Source: a virus
Length of the DNA: 30,757 bases
UHGV virus genome: UHGV-0360189
Direction: 5' to 3' (one strand)
Shown here piece by piece: positions 1 to 7,230 of the stretch. Both the position numbers and the translations under genes were made by a program. The stretch's first letter is position 1, and the number at the start of each line of letters is the position of its first letter. The notes below the pieces were generated by a model. It saw only the letters and a program-made list of their open reading frames with translations, was not told where the DNA came from and did no database searches.

Positions 1-75
1 TCCGGAACGCTATCTGCATTATGTACTTGATGTCATCGCCGACTGGCCTGTGAACCGGGTGGGTGCTCTGCTCCC

Positions 76-546
76 GTGGCGGGTTACTCTGCCTGCCTGA
101 CCAGCTTCACTTCGTCAATACGGTTCTCACTGCACGCTTACCATCAGCAAAACGCTATTCACGCAGTACAGCAAATCCTTCCAGACCCAACCAAACCAAT
201 CGTAGTAACCATTCAGGAACGCAACCGCAGCTTAGACCAAAACAGGAAGCTATGGGCCTGCTTAGGTGACGTCTCTCGTCAGGTTGAATGGCATGGTCGC
301 TGGCTGGATGCAGAAAGCTGGAAGTGTGTGTTTACCGCAGCATTAAAGCAGCAGGATGTTGTTCCTAACCTTGCCGGGAATGGCTTTGTGGTAATAGGCC
401 AGTCAACCAGCAGGATGCGTGTAGGCGAATTTGCGGAGCTATTAGAGCTTATACAGGCATTCGGTACAGAGCGTGGCGTTAAGTGGTCAGACGAAGCGAG
501 ACTGGCTCTGGAGTGGAAAGCGAGATGGGGAGATCGGGCTGCATGA
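76..546 (+). CDS. ninB: NinB (Orf-family recombination mediator); 5' end atypical
   Basis: ORF track 76..546; from about residue 22 (HQQNAIHAVQQILPDPTKPIVVTIQERNRSLDQNRKLW...) the translation matches lambda NinB as I remember it. The N-terminal 21 residues differ and the only in-frame start is GTG at 76 with no obvious SD. Stop TGA 544-546 overlaps the next ATG. Confidence 0.8.
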   Translation: MAGYSACLTSFTSSIRFSLHAYHQQNAIHAVQQILPDPTKPIVVTIQERNRSLDQNRKLWACLGDVSRQVEWHGRWLDAESWKCVFTAALKQQDVVPNLAGNGFVVIGQSTSRMRVGEFAELLELIQAFGTERGVKWSDEARLALEWKARWGDRAA

Positions 547-1070
547 CTATCAAATCAAATACGCCAGCACACGACAAGGACTGCTGGCAAACGCCGCTTT
601 GGCTTTTTGATGCACTGGATATTGAGTTTGGATTCTGGCTGGATTCGGCAGCGAGCGACAAAAATGCTCTGTGTGCTCACTGGCTAACTGAGGCCGACGA
701 CGCGCTCAATTCTGAGTGGGTAAGCCACGGTGCAATCTGGAATAACCCACCGTACAGCAATATCAGGCCGTGGGTGGAAAAAGCCGCTGAGCAGTGCATA
801 CAACAGCGACAGACGGTAGTTATGCTTGTGCCAGAGGATATGTCAGTCGGATGGTTCAGCAAGGCTCTGGAGAGTGTCGACGAAGTTCGCATTATCACTG
901 ATGGACGGATTAATTTTATCGAACCATCGACAGGGCTGGAGAAGAAGGGAAACAGCAAAGGCTCCATGCTGCTGATTTGGCGACCGTTCATCAGTCCTCG
1001 ACGGATGTTTACTACCGTATCCAAAGCGGCATTGATGGCGATCGGGCAGGGCGTCAGGAGGGCGGCATGA
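543..1070 (+). CDS. DNA N6-adenine methyltransferase (phage Dam-like orphan MTase)
   Basis: ORF track 483..1070; likely start ATG 543 ([26 protein letters not shown]...) overlapping the ninB stop as ATGA. Contains the NPPY catalytic motif ([10 protein letters not shown]) typical of N6-adenine MTases. Occupies the position of ninC/ninD in lambda. Confidence 0.75.
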   Translation: MTIKSNTPAHDKDCWQTPLWLFDALDIEFGFWLDSAASDKNALCAHWLTEADDALNSEWVSHGAIWNNPPYSNIRPWVEKAAEQCIQQRQTVVMLVPEDMSVGWFSKALESVDEVRIITDGRINFIEPSTGLEKKGNSKGSMLLIWRPFISPRRMFTTVSKAALMAIGQGVRRAA

Positions 1071-1249
1071 GGCGACAGCGACGAAGTTTCACCGACATCA
1101 TCTGCGAAAACTGCAAATACCTTCCAACGAAACGCTCCAGAAATAAACGCAAGCCAATCCCAAAAGAATCTGACGTAAAAACCTTCAATTACACAGCTCA
1201 CCTGTGGGATATCCGGTGGCTTAGAGAACGTGCGAGGAAAACAAGGTGA
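1067..1249 (+). CDS. ninE: NinE
   Basis: ATG 1067 preceded by AGGAGG (1056-1061); translation [60 protein letters not shown] matches lambda NinE. Start overlaps the MTase stop (ATGA). Confidence 0.85.
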   Translation: MRRQRRSFTDIICENCKYLPTKRSRNKRKPIPKESDVKTFNYTAHLWDIRWLRERARKTR

Positions 1250-1416
1250 TTGACCAAAATCGAAGTTACGAACAAGGAAGTGTCGAGCGAGCTTTAACGT
1301 GCGCTAACTGCGGTCAGAAGCTGCATGTGCTGGAAGTTCACGTGTGTGAGCACTGCTGCGCAGAACTGATGAGCGATCCGAATAGCTCGATGCACGAGGA
1401 AGAAGACGATGGCTAA
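1246..1416 (+). CDS. ninF: NinF (small Cys-rich protein)
   Basis: Not in the ORF track with this start; GTG 1246 overlaps the ninE stop (GTGA). My own translation gives [56 protein letters not shown], ending TAA 1414-1416, matching lambda NinF as remembered. Confidence 0.75.
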   Translation: MIDQNRSYEQGSVERALTCANCGQKLHVLEVHVCEHCCAELMSDPNSSMHEEEDDG

Positions 1417-2020
1417 ACCAGCGCGAAGACGATGTAAAAACGATGAATGTCGGGAATGGTTTCACCCTGCATTCGCCAATCAGTGGTGGTGCTCTCCAGA
1501 GTGTGGAACCAAGATAGCACTCGAACGACGAAGCAAAGAACGCGAAAAAGCGGAAAAGGCAGCAGAGAAGAAACGACGACGAGAGGAGCAGAAACAGAAA
1601 GATAAACTTAAGATTCGAAAACTCGCCTTAAAGCCCCGCAGTTACTGGATTAAACAAGCCCAACAAGCCGTAAACGCCTTCATCAGAGAAAGAGACCGCG
1701 ACTTACCATGTATCTCGTGCGGAACGCTCACGTCTGCTCAGTGGGATGCCGGGCATTACCGGACAACTGCTGCGGCGCCTCAACTCCGATTTGATGAACG
1801 CAATATTCACAAGCAATGCGTGGTGTGCAACCAACATAAAAGCGGAAATCTCGTTCCGTATCGCGTCGAACTGATTAACCGCATCGGGCAGGAAGCAGTA
1901 GACGAAATCGAATCAAACCATAACCGCCATCGCTGGACTGTCGAAGAGTGCAGGACCATCAAGGCGGAGTATCAACAGAAACTTAAAAAACTGCGAAACA
2001 GCAGAAGTGAGGCTGCATGA
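1409..2020 (+). CDS. ninG: NinG (Rap-like recombination/structure-specific endonuclease)
   Basis: ORF track 1409..2020, 203 aa, [33 protein letters not shown]... matches lambda NinG; Cys-rich N-terminus. Confidence 0.9.
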   Translation: MAKPARRRCKNDECREWFHPAFANQWWCSPECGTKIALERRSKEREKAEKAAEKKRRREEQKQKDKLKIRKLALKPRSYWIKQAQQAVNAFIRERDRDLPCISCGTLTSAQWDAGHYRTTAAAPQLRFDERNIHKQCVVCNQHKSGNLVPYRVELINRIGQEAVDEIESNHNRHRWTVEECRTIKAEYQQKLKKLRNSRSEAA

Positions 2021-2682
2021 ATATCTACGAAAGAATTGATGGCAGCAAATACCGAAATATTTGGGTAGTTGGCGATCTGCACGGATGCTACACGAACCTG
2101 ATGAACAAACTGGATACGATTGGATTCGACAACAAAAAAGACCTGCTTATCTCGGTGGGCGATTTGGTTGATCGTGGTGCAGAGAACGTTAAATGCCTGG
2201 AATTAATCACATTCCCCTGGTTCAGAGCTGTACGTGGAAACCATGAGCACATGATGATTGATGGCTTATCAGAGCGTGGAAACGTCAATCACTGGCTGCT
2301 TAATGGCGGTGTCTGGTTCTTTAATCTCGATTACGACAAAGAAATTCTGGCTAAAGCTCTTGCCCATAAAGCAGAAGAACTTCCGTTAATCATCGAACTG
2401 GTGAGCAAAGGTAAAAAATATGTCATCTGCCACGCCGATTATCCTTGTGACGAATACGAATTTGGAAAGCCAGTTGATCATCAGCAGGTAATCTGGAACC
2501 GCGAACGAATCAGCAACTCACAAGACGGGATCGTGAAAGAAATTAAAGGCGCGGACACGTTTATCTTTGGTCATACGCCAGCAGTGAAACCACTTAAATT
2601 TGCCAACCAAATGTATATCGATACCGGCGCAGTGTTCTGCGGAAACCTCACATTGATTCAGGTACAGGGAGAAGGCGCATGA
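2017..2682 (+). CDS. ninI: NinI serine/threonine protein phosphatase (lambda PPase, ORF221)
   Basis: ORF track 2017..2682, 221 aa; metallophosphatase motifs GDLHG, GDLVDRG, GNHE visible; start overlaps the ninG stop (ATGA). Confidence 0.9.
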   Translation: MNIYERIDGSKYRNIWVVGDLHGCYTNLMNKLDTIGFDNKKDLLISVGDLVDRGAENVKCLELITFPWFRAVRGNHEHMMIDGLSERGNVNHWLLNGGVWFFNLDYDKEILAKALAHKAEELPLIIELVSKGKKYVICHADYPCDEYEFGKPVDHQQVIWNRERISNSQDGIVKEIKGADTFIFGHTPAVKPLKFANQMYIDTGAVFCGNLTLIQVQGEGA

Positions 2683-3302
2683 GACTCGAAAGCGTAGCTA
2701 AATTTCATTCGCCAAAAAGCCCGATGATGAGCGACTCACCACGGGCCACGGCTTCTGACTCTCTTTCCGGTACTGATGTGATGGCTGCTATGGGGATGGT
2801 GCAATCACAAGCCGGATTCGGAATGGCTGCATTCTGCGGTAAGTATGAACTCAGCCAGAACGACAAACAAAAGGCTATCAACTATCTGATGCAATTTGCA
2901 CACAAGGTATCGGGGAAATACCGTGGTGTGGCAAAGCTTGAAGGAAATACTAAGGCAAAGGTACTGCAAGTGCTCGCAACATTCGCTTATGCGGATTATT
3001 GCCGTAGTGCCGCGACGCCGGGCGCAAGATGCAGAGATTGCCACGGTACAGGCCGTGCGGTTGATATAGCCAAAACAGAGCAGTGGGGGAGAGTTGTTGA
3101 GAAAGAGTGCGGAAGATGCAAAGGTGTCGGCTATTCAAGAATGCCAGCAAGCGCCGCATATCGCGCTGTAACGATGCTAATCCCAAACCTTACTCAACCC
3201 ACCTGGTCACGCACTGTTAAGCCGCTGTATGACGCTCTGGTGGTGCAATGCCACAAAGAAGAGTCAATCGCAGACAACATTTTGAATGCGGTCACACGTT
3301 AG
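2679..3302 (+). CDS. Q: Late gene antiterminator Q
   Basis: ORF track 2679..3302, 207 aa, [27 protein letters not shown]... essentially lambda Q including the Cys-rich zinc-binding region (CRDCHGTG...CGRCKG). ATGA overlap with ninI. Confidence 0.92.
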   Translation: MRLESVAKFHSPKSPMMSDSPRATASDSLSGTDVMAAMGMVQSQAGFGMAAFCGKYELSQNDKQKAINYLMQFAHKVSGKYRGVAKLEGNTKAKVLQVLATFAYADYCRSAATPGARCRDCHGTGRAVDIAKTEQWGRVVEKECGRCKGVGYSRMPASAAYRAVTMLIPNLTQPTWSRTVKPLYDALVVQCHKEESIADNILNAVTR

Positions 3303-3344
3303 CAGCATGATTGCCACGGATGGCAACATATTAACGGCATGATA

Positions 3345-3373
3345 TTGACTTTTTGAATAAAGTTGGGTAAATT
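3345..3373 (+). promoter_or_regulatory. Late promoter pR' with overlapping Q-utilisation (qut) region
   Basis: TTGACT at 3345-3350, 17-bp spacer, TAAATT at 3368-3373; the sequence TTGACTTTTTGAATAAAGTTGGGTAAATTTGAC matches the lambda pR' region immediately downstream of Q. Confidence 0.75.
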
Positions 3374-3379
3374 TGACCC

Positions 3380-3573
3380 AACGATGGGTTAATTCGCTCG
3401 TTGTGGTAGTGAGATGAAAAGAGGCGGCGCTTACTACCGATTCCGCCTAGTTGGTCACTTCGACGTATCGTCTGGAACTCCAACCATCGCAGGCTGAGAG
3501 GTCTGCAAAATGCAATCCCGAAACAGTTCGCAGGTAATAGTTAGAGCCTGCATAACGGTTTCGGGATTTTTTA
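3380..3573 (+). ncRNA. 6S late leader transcript (pR' to tR')
   Basis: Interval from the inferred pR' start site to the tR' hairpin plus T-run; length of about 194 nt agrees with the lambda 6S RNA. Ends are inferred, not measured. Confidence 0.5.
3515..3572 (+). terminator. tR' intrinsic terminator (antiterminated by Q)
   Basis: Long imperfect hairpin with outer arms CCCGAAAC (3517-3524) and GTTTCGGG (3558-3565), followed by T-run 3567-3572. Confidence 0.65.
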
Positions 3574-3970
3574 TATCTGTGCAACAGGTAAGAGCATTCT
3601 CCTTTATGGGGCTTGGTTTAAATGCATTGAGTGCTCTTTCCGTTGTGCTGAATTAAGCGAATACCGGAAGCAGAACCGGATCACCAAATGCGTACAGGCG
3701 TCATCGCCGCCCAGCAACAGCACAACCCAAACTGAGCCGTAGCCACTGGCTATCCTGAATTCATCAGTGATAGTTACGCTGCGGCCTTCTACACATGATC
3801 TTCGTGAAAGCGGGTGACAGGAGGTCGCGCTAACAACCTCCTGCCGTTTTGCCCGTGCATATCGGTCACGAACAAATCTGATTACTAAACACAGTAGCCT
3901 GGATTTGTTCTATCAGTAATCGACCTTATTCCTAATTAAATAGAGCAAATCCCCTTATTGGGGGTAAGAC

Positions 3971-4294
3971 ATGAAGATGCCAGAAAAACATGACCTGTTA
4001 GCCGCCATTCTCGCGGCAAAGGAACAAGGCATCGGGGCAATCCTTGCGTTTGCAATGGCGTACCTTCGCGGCAGATATAATGGCGGTGCGTTTACAAAAA
4101 CAGTAATCGACGCAACGATGTGCGCCATTATCGCCTGGTTCATTCGTGACCTTCTCGACTTCGCCGGACTAAGTAGCAATCTCGCTTATATAACGAGCGT
4201 GTTCATCGGCTACATCGGTACTGACTCGATTGGTTCGCTTATCAAACGCTTCGCTGCTAAAAAAGCCGGAGTAGAAGATGGTGGAAATCAATAA
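3971..4294 (+). CDS. S: Holin S (S107 antiholin / S105 holin, dual start)
   Basis: ORF track 3971..4294, 107 aa, [34 protein letters not shown]... matches lambda S; Met1-Lys2-Met3 dual-start motif and three hydrophobic segments. Confidence 0.92.
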   Translation: MKMPEKHDLLAAILAAKEQGIGAILAFAMAYLRGRYNGGAFTKTVIDATMCAIIAWFIRDLLDFAGLSSNLAYITSVFIGYIGTDSIGSLIKRFAAKKAGVEDGGNQ

Positions 4295-4754
4295 TCAACG
4301 TAAGGCGTTCCTCGATATGCTGGCGTGGTCAGAGGGAACTGATAACGGACGGCAGAAAACCAGAAATCATGGTTATGACGTCATTGTAGGCGGAGAGCTA
4401 TTCACTGATTACTCCGATCACCCTCGCAAACTTGTCACGCTAAACCCCAAACTCAAATCAACAGCAGCCGGACGTTACCAGCTTCTTTCACGTTGGTGGG
4501 ATGCCTACCGCAAGCAACTTGGCCTGAAAGACTTCTCTCCCAAAAGCCAGGACGCAGTGGCATTGCAGCAGATTAAAGAGCGTGGCGCTTTACCGATGAT
4601 TGATCGCGGTGATATTCGTCAGGCTATCGACCGTTGCAGCAATATCTGGGCTTCACTGCCGGGCGCTGGTTATGGTCAGTTCGAGCATAAGGCTGACAGC
4701 CTGATTGCAAAATTCAAAGAAGCGGGCGGAACGGTCAGAGAGATTGAGGTATGA
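4278..4754 (+). CDS. R: Endolysin R (lytic transglycosylase)
   Basis: ORF track 4278..4754, 158 aa, [39 protein letters not shown]... matches lambda R; overlaps the S 3' end by 17 nt. Confidence 0.92.
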   Translation: MVEINNQRKAFLDMLAWSEGTDNGRQKTRNHGYDVIVGGELFTDYSDHPRKLVTLNPKLKSTAAGRYQLLSRWWDAYRKQLGLKDFSPKSQDAVALQQIKERGALPMIDRGDIRQAIDRCSNIWASLPGAGYGQFEHKADSLIAKFKEAGGTVREIEV

Positions 4755-5209
4755 GCAGAGTAACCGCGATTATCCCCGCTCTGATTATCTGCATCATCGT
4801 CTGCCTGTCATGGGCTGTTAATCATTACCGTGATAACGCAATCGCCTACAAAGAGCAGCGCGATAACAAGGCCAGTGAACTGGAGAAGGCGAACGCCACC
4901 ATCGCTGACATGCGGAAGCGTCAACGTGATGTAGCAGAACTCGACGCAAGATACACAAAGGAGCTTGCTGATGCTAACGCGACTATCGAAAGTCTCCGTG
5001 CTGATGTTTCTGCTGGGCGTAAGCGCCTGCAAGTCGCCGCCACCTGTGCAAAGTCAACGACCGGAGCCAGCGGCATGGGCGATGGAGAAAGCCCAGGACT
5101 TACAGCAGATGCTGAACTCAATTATTACCGTCTCCGAAGTGGAATCGACAAGATAACCGCGCAGGTTAACTACCTGCAGGAATACATCAGGACGCAATGC
5201 CTGAAATAA
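4751..5209 (+). CDS. Rz: Rz i-spanin (inner-membrane spanin subunit)
   Basis: ORF track 4751..5209, 152 aa; N-terminal transmembrane segment ([18 protein letters not shown]) followed by a coiled-coil-like periplasmic domain; ATGA overlap with R. Diverged from lambda Rz in the C-terminal half. Confidence 0.85.
   Translation: MSRVTAIIPALIICIIVCLSWAVNHYRDNAIAYKEQRDNKASELEKANATIADMRKRQRDVAELDARYTKELADANATIESLRADVSAGRKRLQVAATCAKSTTGASGMGDGESPGLTADAELNYYRLRSGIDKITAQVNYLQEYIRTQCLK
4965..5156 (+). CDS. Rz1: Rz1 o-spanin (outer-membrane lipoprotein), embedded in Rz in the +1 frame
   Basis: ORF track 4965..5156, 63 aa; lipoprotein signal with lipobox-like VSAC followed by a proline-rich mature region ([13 protein letters not shown]); lies wholly inside Rz, as in lambda. 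Confidence 0.72.
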   Translation: MLMLTRLSKVSVLMFLLGVSACKSPPPVQSQRPEPAAWAMEKAQDLQQMLNSIITVSEVESTR

Positions 5210-5241
5210 TTTTTTTGCAAATCACAAAGTCCATTTAATGA

Positions 5242-5263
5242 GCCTCGCGATGCGGGGCTTTTT
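5242..5263 (+). terminator. Candidate intrinsic terminator 1 downstream of Rz
   Basis: Imperfect hairpin GCCTCGC-gat-GCGGGGC (5242-5258) followed by a short T-run (CTTTTT). Free energy not computed. Confidence 0.4.
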
Positions 5264-5270
5264 GCAATAA

Positions 5271-5295
5271 ATGCGTACCGCAACGCATGTTTTTT
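5271..5295 (+). terminator. Candidate intrinsic terminator 2 downstream of Rz
   Basis: Perfect 6-bp stem ATGCGT/ACGCAT (5271-5276 / 5283-5288) with loop ACCGCA, then G and TTTTTT (5290-5295). Confidence 0.5.
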
Positions 5296-5410
5296 ACACC
5301 GAACCTGCCCCTTTGGAATGGGCCTTTGAGGATACCAGTTAGTGCTGGCGAGCCTCGGCGGGCTGGTTTCCTGTGCGGCAAAGGTTCATTTCAAAGAGTA
5401 GGTACACGCT

Positions 5411-5908
5411 ATGAAATCATTAACCCTCTTCAATCAACCAATTCGTATCGGTGAAGATGGCATGATCTGCCTCACTGATATGTGGAAAGCCAGTGGTAAA
5501 AGTGAATCTGAATCGCCTTACCACTACCTGCGAAACAAGCAGACCAAAGAGTTCTTAGCCGAGCTGGAGAAAAACCACGAATCTGTGGTTTTTACTGAGC
5601 GCGGTGTACACGGTGGAACATATGGCGGGAAGTTTGTTGCTTACGATTATGCGGCTTGGTTAAACCCCGGGTTCAAGTACGCGGCCTATAAAGTCCTCGA
5701 TGACTACTTCACCGGAGAACTTCAGCATCGCAACAGCTTAAGTGCGCAGCTCAACATGAAATGTCATGAGTTTGACCAGAAGAAAGACATGGCGAGCTTC
5801 TGCGGACAAGGGCTGGCAGCATGGCGCTATACGAAGCCAGTGTTGGTCGCTGAGATTAACTCCCTGGCTAACCAGCTGCAGATTACGATCCCCGGGCTTC
5901 CGGGATGA
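5411..5908 (+). CDS. KilA-N-like domain protein (accessory, function unknown)
   Basis: ORF track 5411..5908, 165 aa. The N-terminal region (IRIGEDGMICLTDMWKASGKSESESPYHYLRNKQTKEFLAELEK) resembles the KilA-N/APSES-type DNA-binding domain as I recall it; not verified by profile search. Sits where lambda has bor. Confidence 0.45.
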   Translation: MKSLTLFNQPIRIGEDGMICLTDMWKASGKSESESPYHYLRNKQTKEFLAELEKNHESVVFTERGVHGGTYGGKFVAYDYAAWLNPGFKYAAYKVLDDYFTGELQHRNSLSAQLNMKCHEFDQKKDMASFCGQGLAAWRYTKPVLVAEINSLANQLQITIPGLPG

Positions 5909-6174
5909 GTGATCGTGTTATTGAATGCGCCTCCAGAGCGGGGCGCGACTTCTCAGAGTTCATGAAAGGCGAGAAGGGCATGATGGAAGCATTGGCCTCG
6001 GTGGATGAGTTTGGCGAGCAGCTGCGCCTCAACGGCTGTGTCAATCATCACTTTGTTAGCTACATGATGCGGAACTCGATCATGCAGGCATTCATGGACA
6101 TGGCAAAAGCCGAGAGGAAAGAAGAGCGCCGGCGTAAGCGAGCGGAAGCAAAAGCAAAAGCAAAAGTGAAGTAG
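5905..6174 (+). CDS. Hypothetical small protein with basic Lys/Ala-rich C-terminal tail
   Basis: ORF track 5905..6174, 89 aa; start overlaps the upstream stop (ATGA), suggesting translational coupling with the KilA-N-like gene; C-terminus KAERKEERRRKRAEAKAKAKVK. No family recognised. Confidence 0.5.
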   Translation: MSDRVIECASRAGRDFSEFMKGEKGMMEALASVDEFGEQLRLNGCVNHHFVSYMMRNSIMQAFMDMAKAERKEERRRKRAEAKAKAKVK

Positions 6175-6398
6175 CCATTACAAAGCCCATTTACGGGTGG
6201 GCTTGATAATGAAACCGGAATTTATTCTGGGCCACCAGTTAACGGCAGTACCACGAAACAACCCAAGCCAGTAAGTGGGGAAATAACACCGGCAGCCACT
6301 GAAAGATGAACCTCCTGCCTTATGGCAAAAAAGATTCTTTGTGGTGGCGGACTGATGGAAAGACATCCTAATTTCAGCCAAACATTGAAGGAGTTGTT

Positions 6399-6470
6399 AT
6401 GTCAGCAGAAGGTTTCAATAACCCATCAAAATTCCGGGATGAGTGGGATAGCAGCGTAAAGAGTAAGTGA
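6399..6470 (+). CDS. Candidate small ORF, 23 codons (MSAEGFNNPSKFRDEWDSSVKSK)
   Basis: Not in the ORF track (too short). ATG 6399 preceded by GAAGGAG (6387-6393) with a 5-nt spacer; stop TGA 6468-6470; bracketed by the two hairpin-containing repeats. Coding status unproven. Confidence 0.3.
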   Translation: MSAEGFNNPSKFRDEWDSSVKSK

Positions 6471-6762
6471 TGCCATCACAAAAGCCATTCCCTACAGAGT
6501 GGCTTTGATAATGGCTTATACCCTACACGGGATAACTTAACTGATATCCCTTTTAAAGGATAAAGGTATTCAAGCCTGACACATCATGCGCTGTATCGTC
6601 GCCGTATTCCCGTATTAACAGAGACCGTAGCCCGACGGGGAACTCCTTCTGCGCGAGTGTGCGGGAATAATCAAAAACGATGCACACCGGGGTTACCGGG
6701 TACACATATTTCATCATGCCAGCGAGTCCGGTTCTGGCACGGAAGAAACCGGACGTTATGAT

Positions 6763-7188
6763 TTAGTGCGGAAATATTTGTGTAGTGTTCTGAATGTTCT
6801 CAGTAAAGAGTAATGAATTATCAAAGGTATAGTAATACCTTTTGTTTTCGTGGATATTTGTAATCCATCTGAAAACCCCTGCTGTAGCAAGATTTTTCCT
6901 GTATTCGTAAAATGATAACTCTCCTGATTTGAATCCTTTTAAGGTGGCTTCTATAAGGCATTTATTTTTTGAAAATCTTACATTTACAACCTTACCCTGT
7001 CCTTTTATTAAAACCGTATTATCGTTTTCAAGAACAAGATGAATATTCTCTGTGGCTAAATAGTAAATGTAATGTGAGACATTGTGACGTTTTAGTTCAG
7101 AATAAAACCAGTGATAGTTTAAATTATTTCGCACTTTATCGAATATTTGTTTAAAAATGGCAACCTGAGCCATTGTAGTACCTTCCAT
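6763..7188 (-). CDS. AT-rich accessory protein, YdfO/YbcV-like (DUF1398-type as I recall), function unknown
   Basis: ORF track 6763..7188 (-), 141 aa. A more likely start is the second ATG (about 7173, [11 protein letters not shown]...) preceded by GGAAGG. The gene is markedly AT-rich by eye compared with the flanking lambda-like genes. Family assignment is from memory of E. coli cryptic-prophage genes next to the nu1 homologue, not from a search. Confidence 0.6.
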   Translation of the reverse strand: MEGTTMAQVAIFKQIFDKVRNNLNYHWFYSELKRHNVSHYIYYLATENIHLVLENDNTVLIKGQGKVVNVRFSKNKCLIEATLKGFKSGELSFYEYRKNLATAGVFRWITNIHENKRYYYTFDNSLLFTENIQNTTQIFPH

Positions 7189-7230
7189 GTGATATGAGGG
7201 GGCGTAGTCTGCACGATTATCTAAATTGCT

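Noticed and set aside
63-269. 68-aa ORF overlapping the start of ninB in another frame
   Set aside because: Out of frame with the conserved NinB sequence and without initiation signals; the NinB frame accounts for this DNA.
5296-5410. Promoter for the KilA-N-like gene
   Set aside because: I could find only weak -35/-10 candidates (for example TTGAGG, TTCATT) with poor spacing; not enough to annotate a promoter.
6178-6381. 67-aa minus-strand ORF in the intergenic accessory region
   Set aside because: Trp/Cys/Gly-rich improbable composition, no SD, and it overlaps the first hairpin repeat. I consider the region non-coding on this strand.
6727-6753. Hairpin (TCCGGTT..AACCGGA) just downstream of the AT-rich gene, as a possible minus-strand terminator
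   Set aside because: Stem is imperfect and there is no U-tract on either strand, so I do not call it a terminator. It may still be an RNA structural element.
6969-7154. 61-aa plus-strand ORF opposite the AT-rich minus-strand gene
   Set aside because: Antisense to the better-supported 141-aa gene; AT-rich sequence produces open frames by chance.
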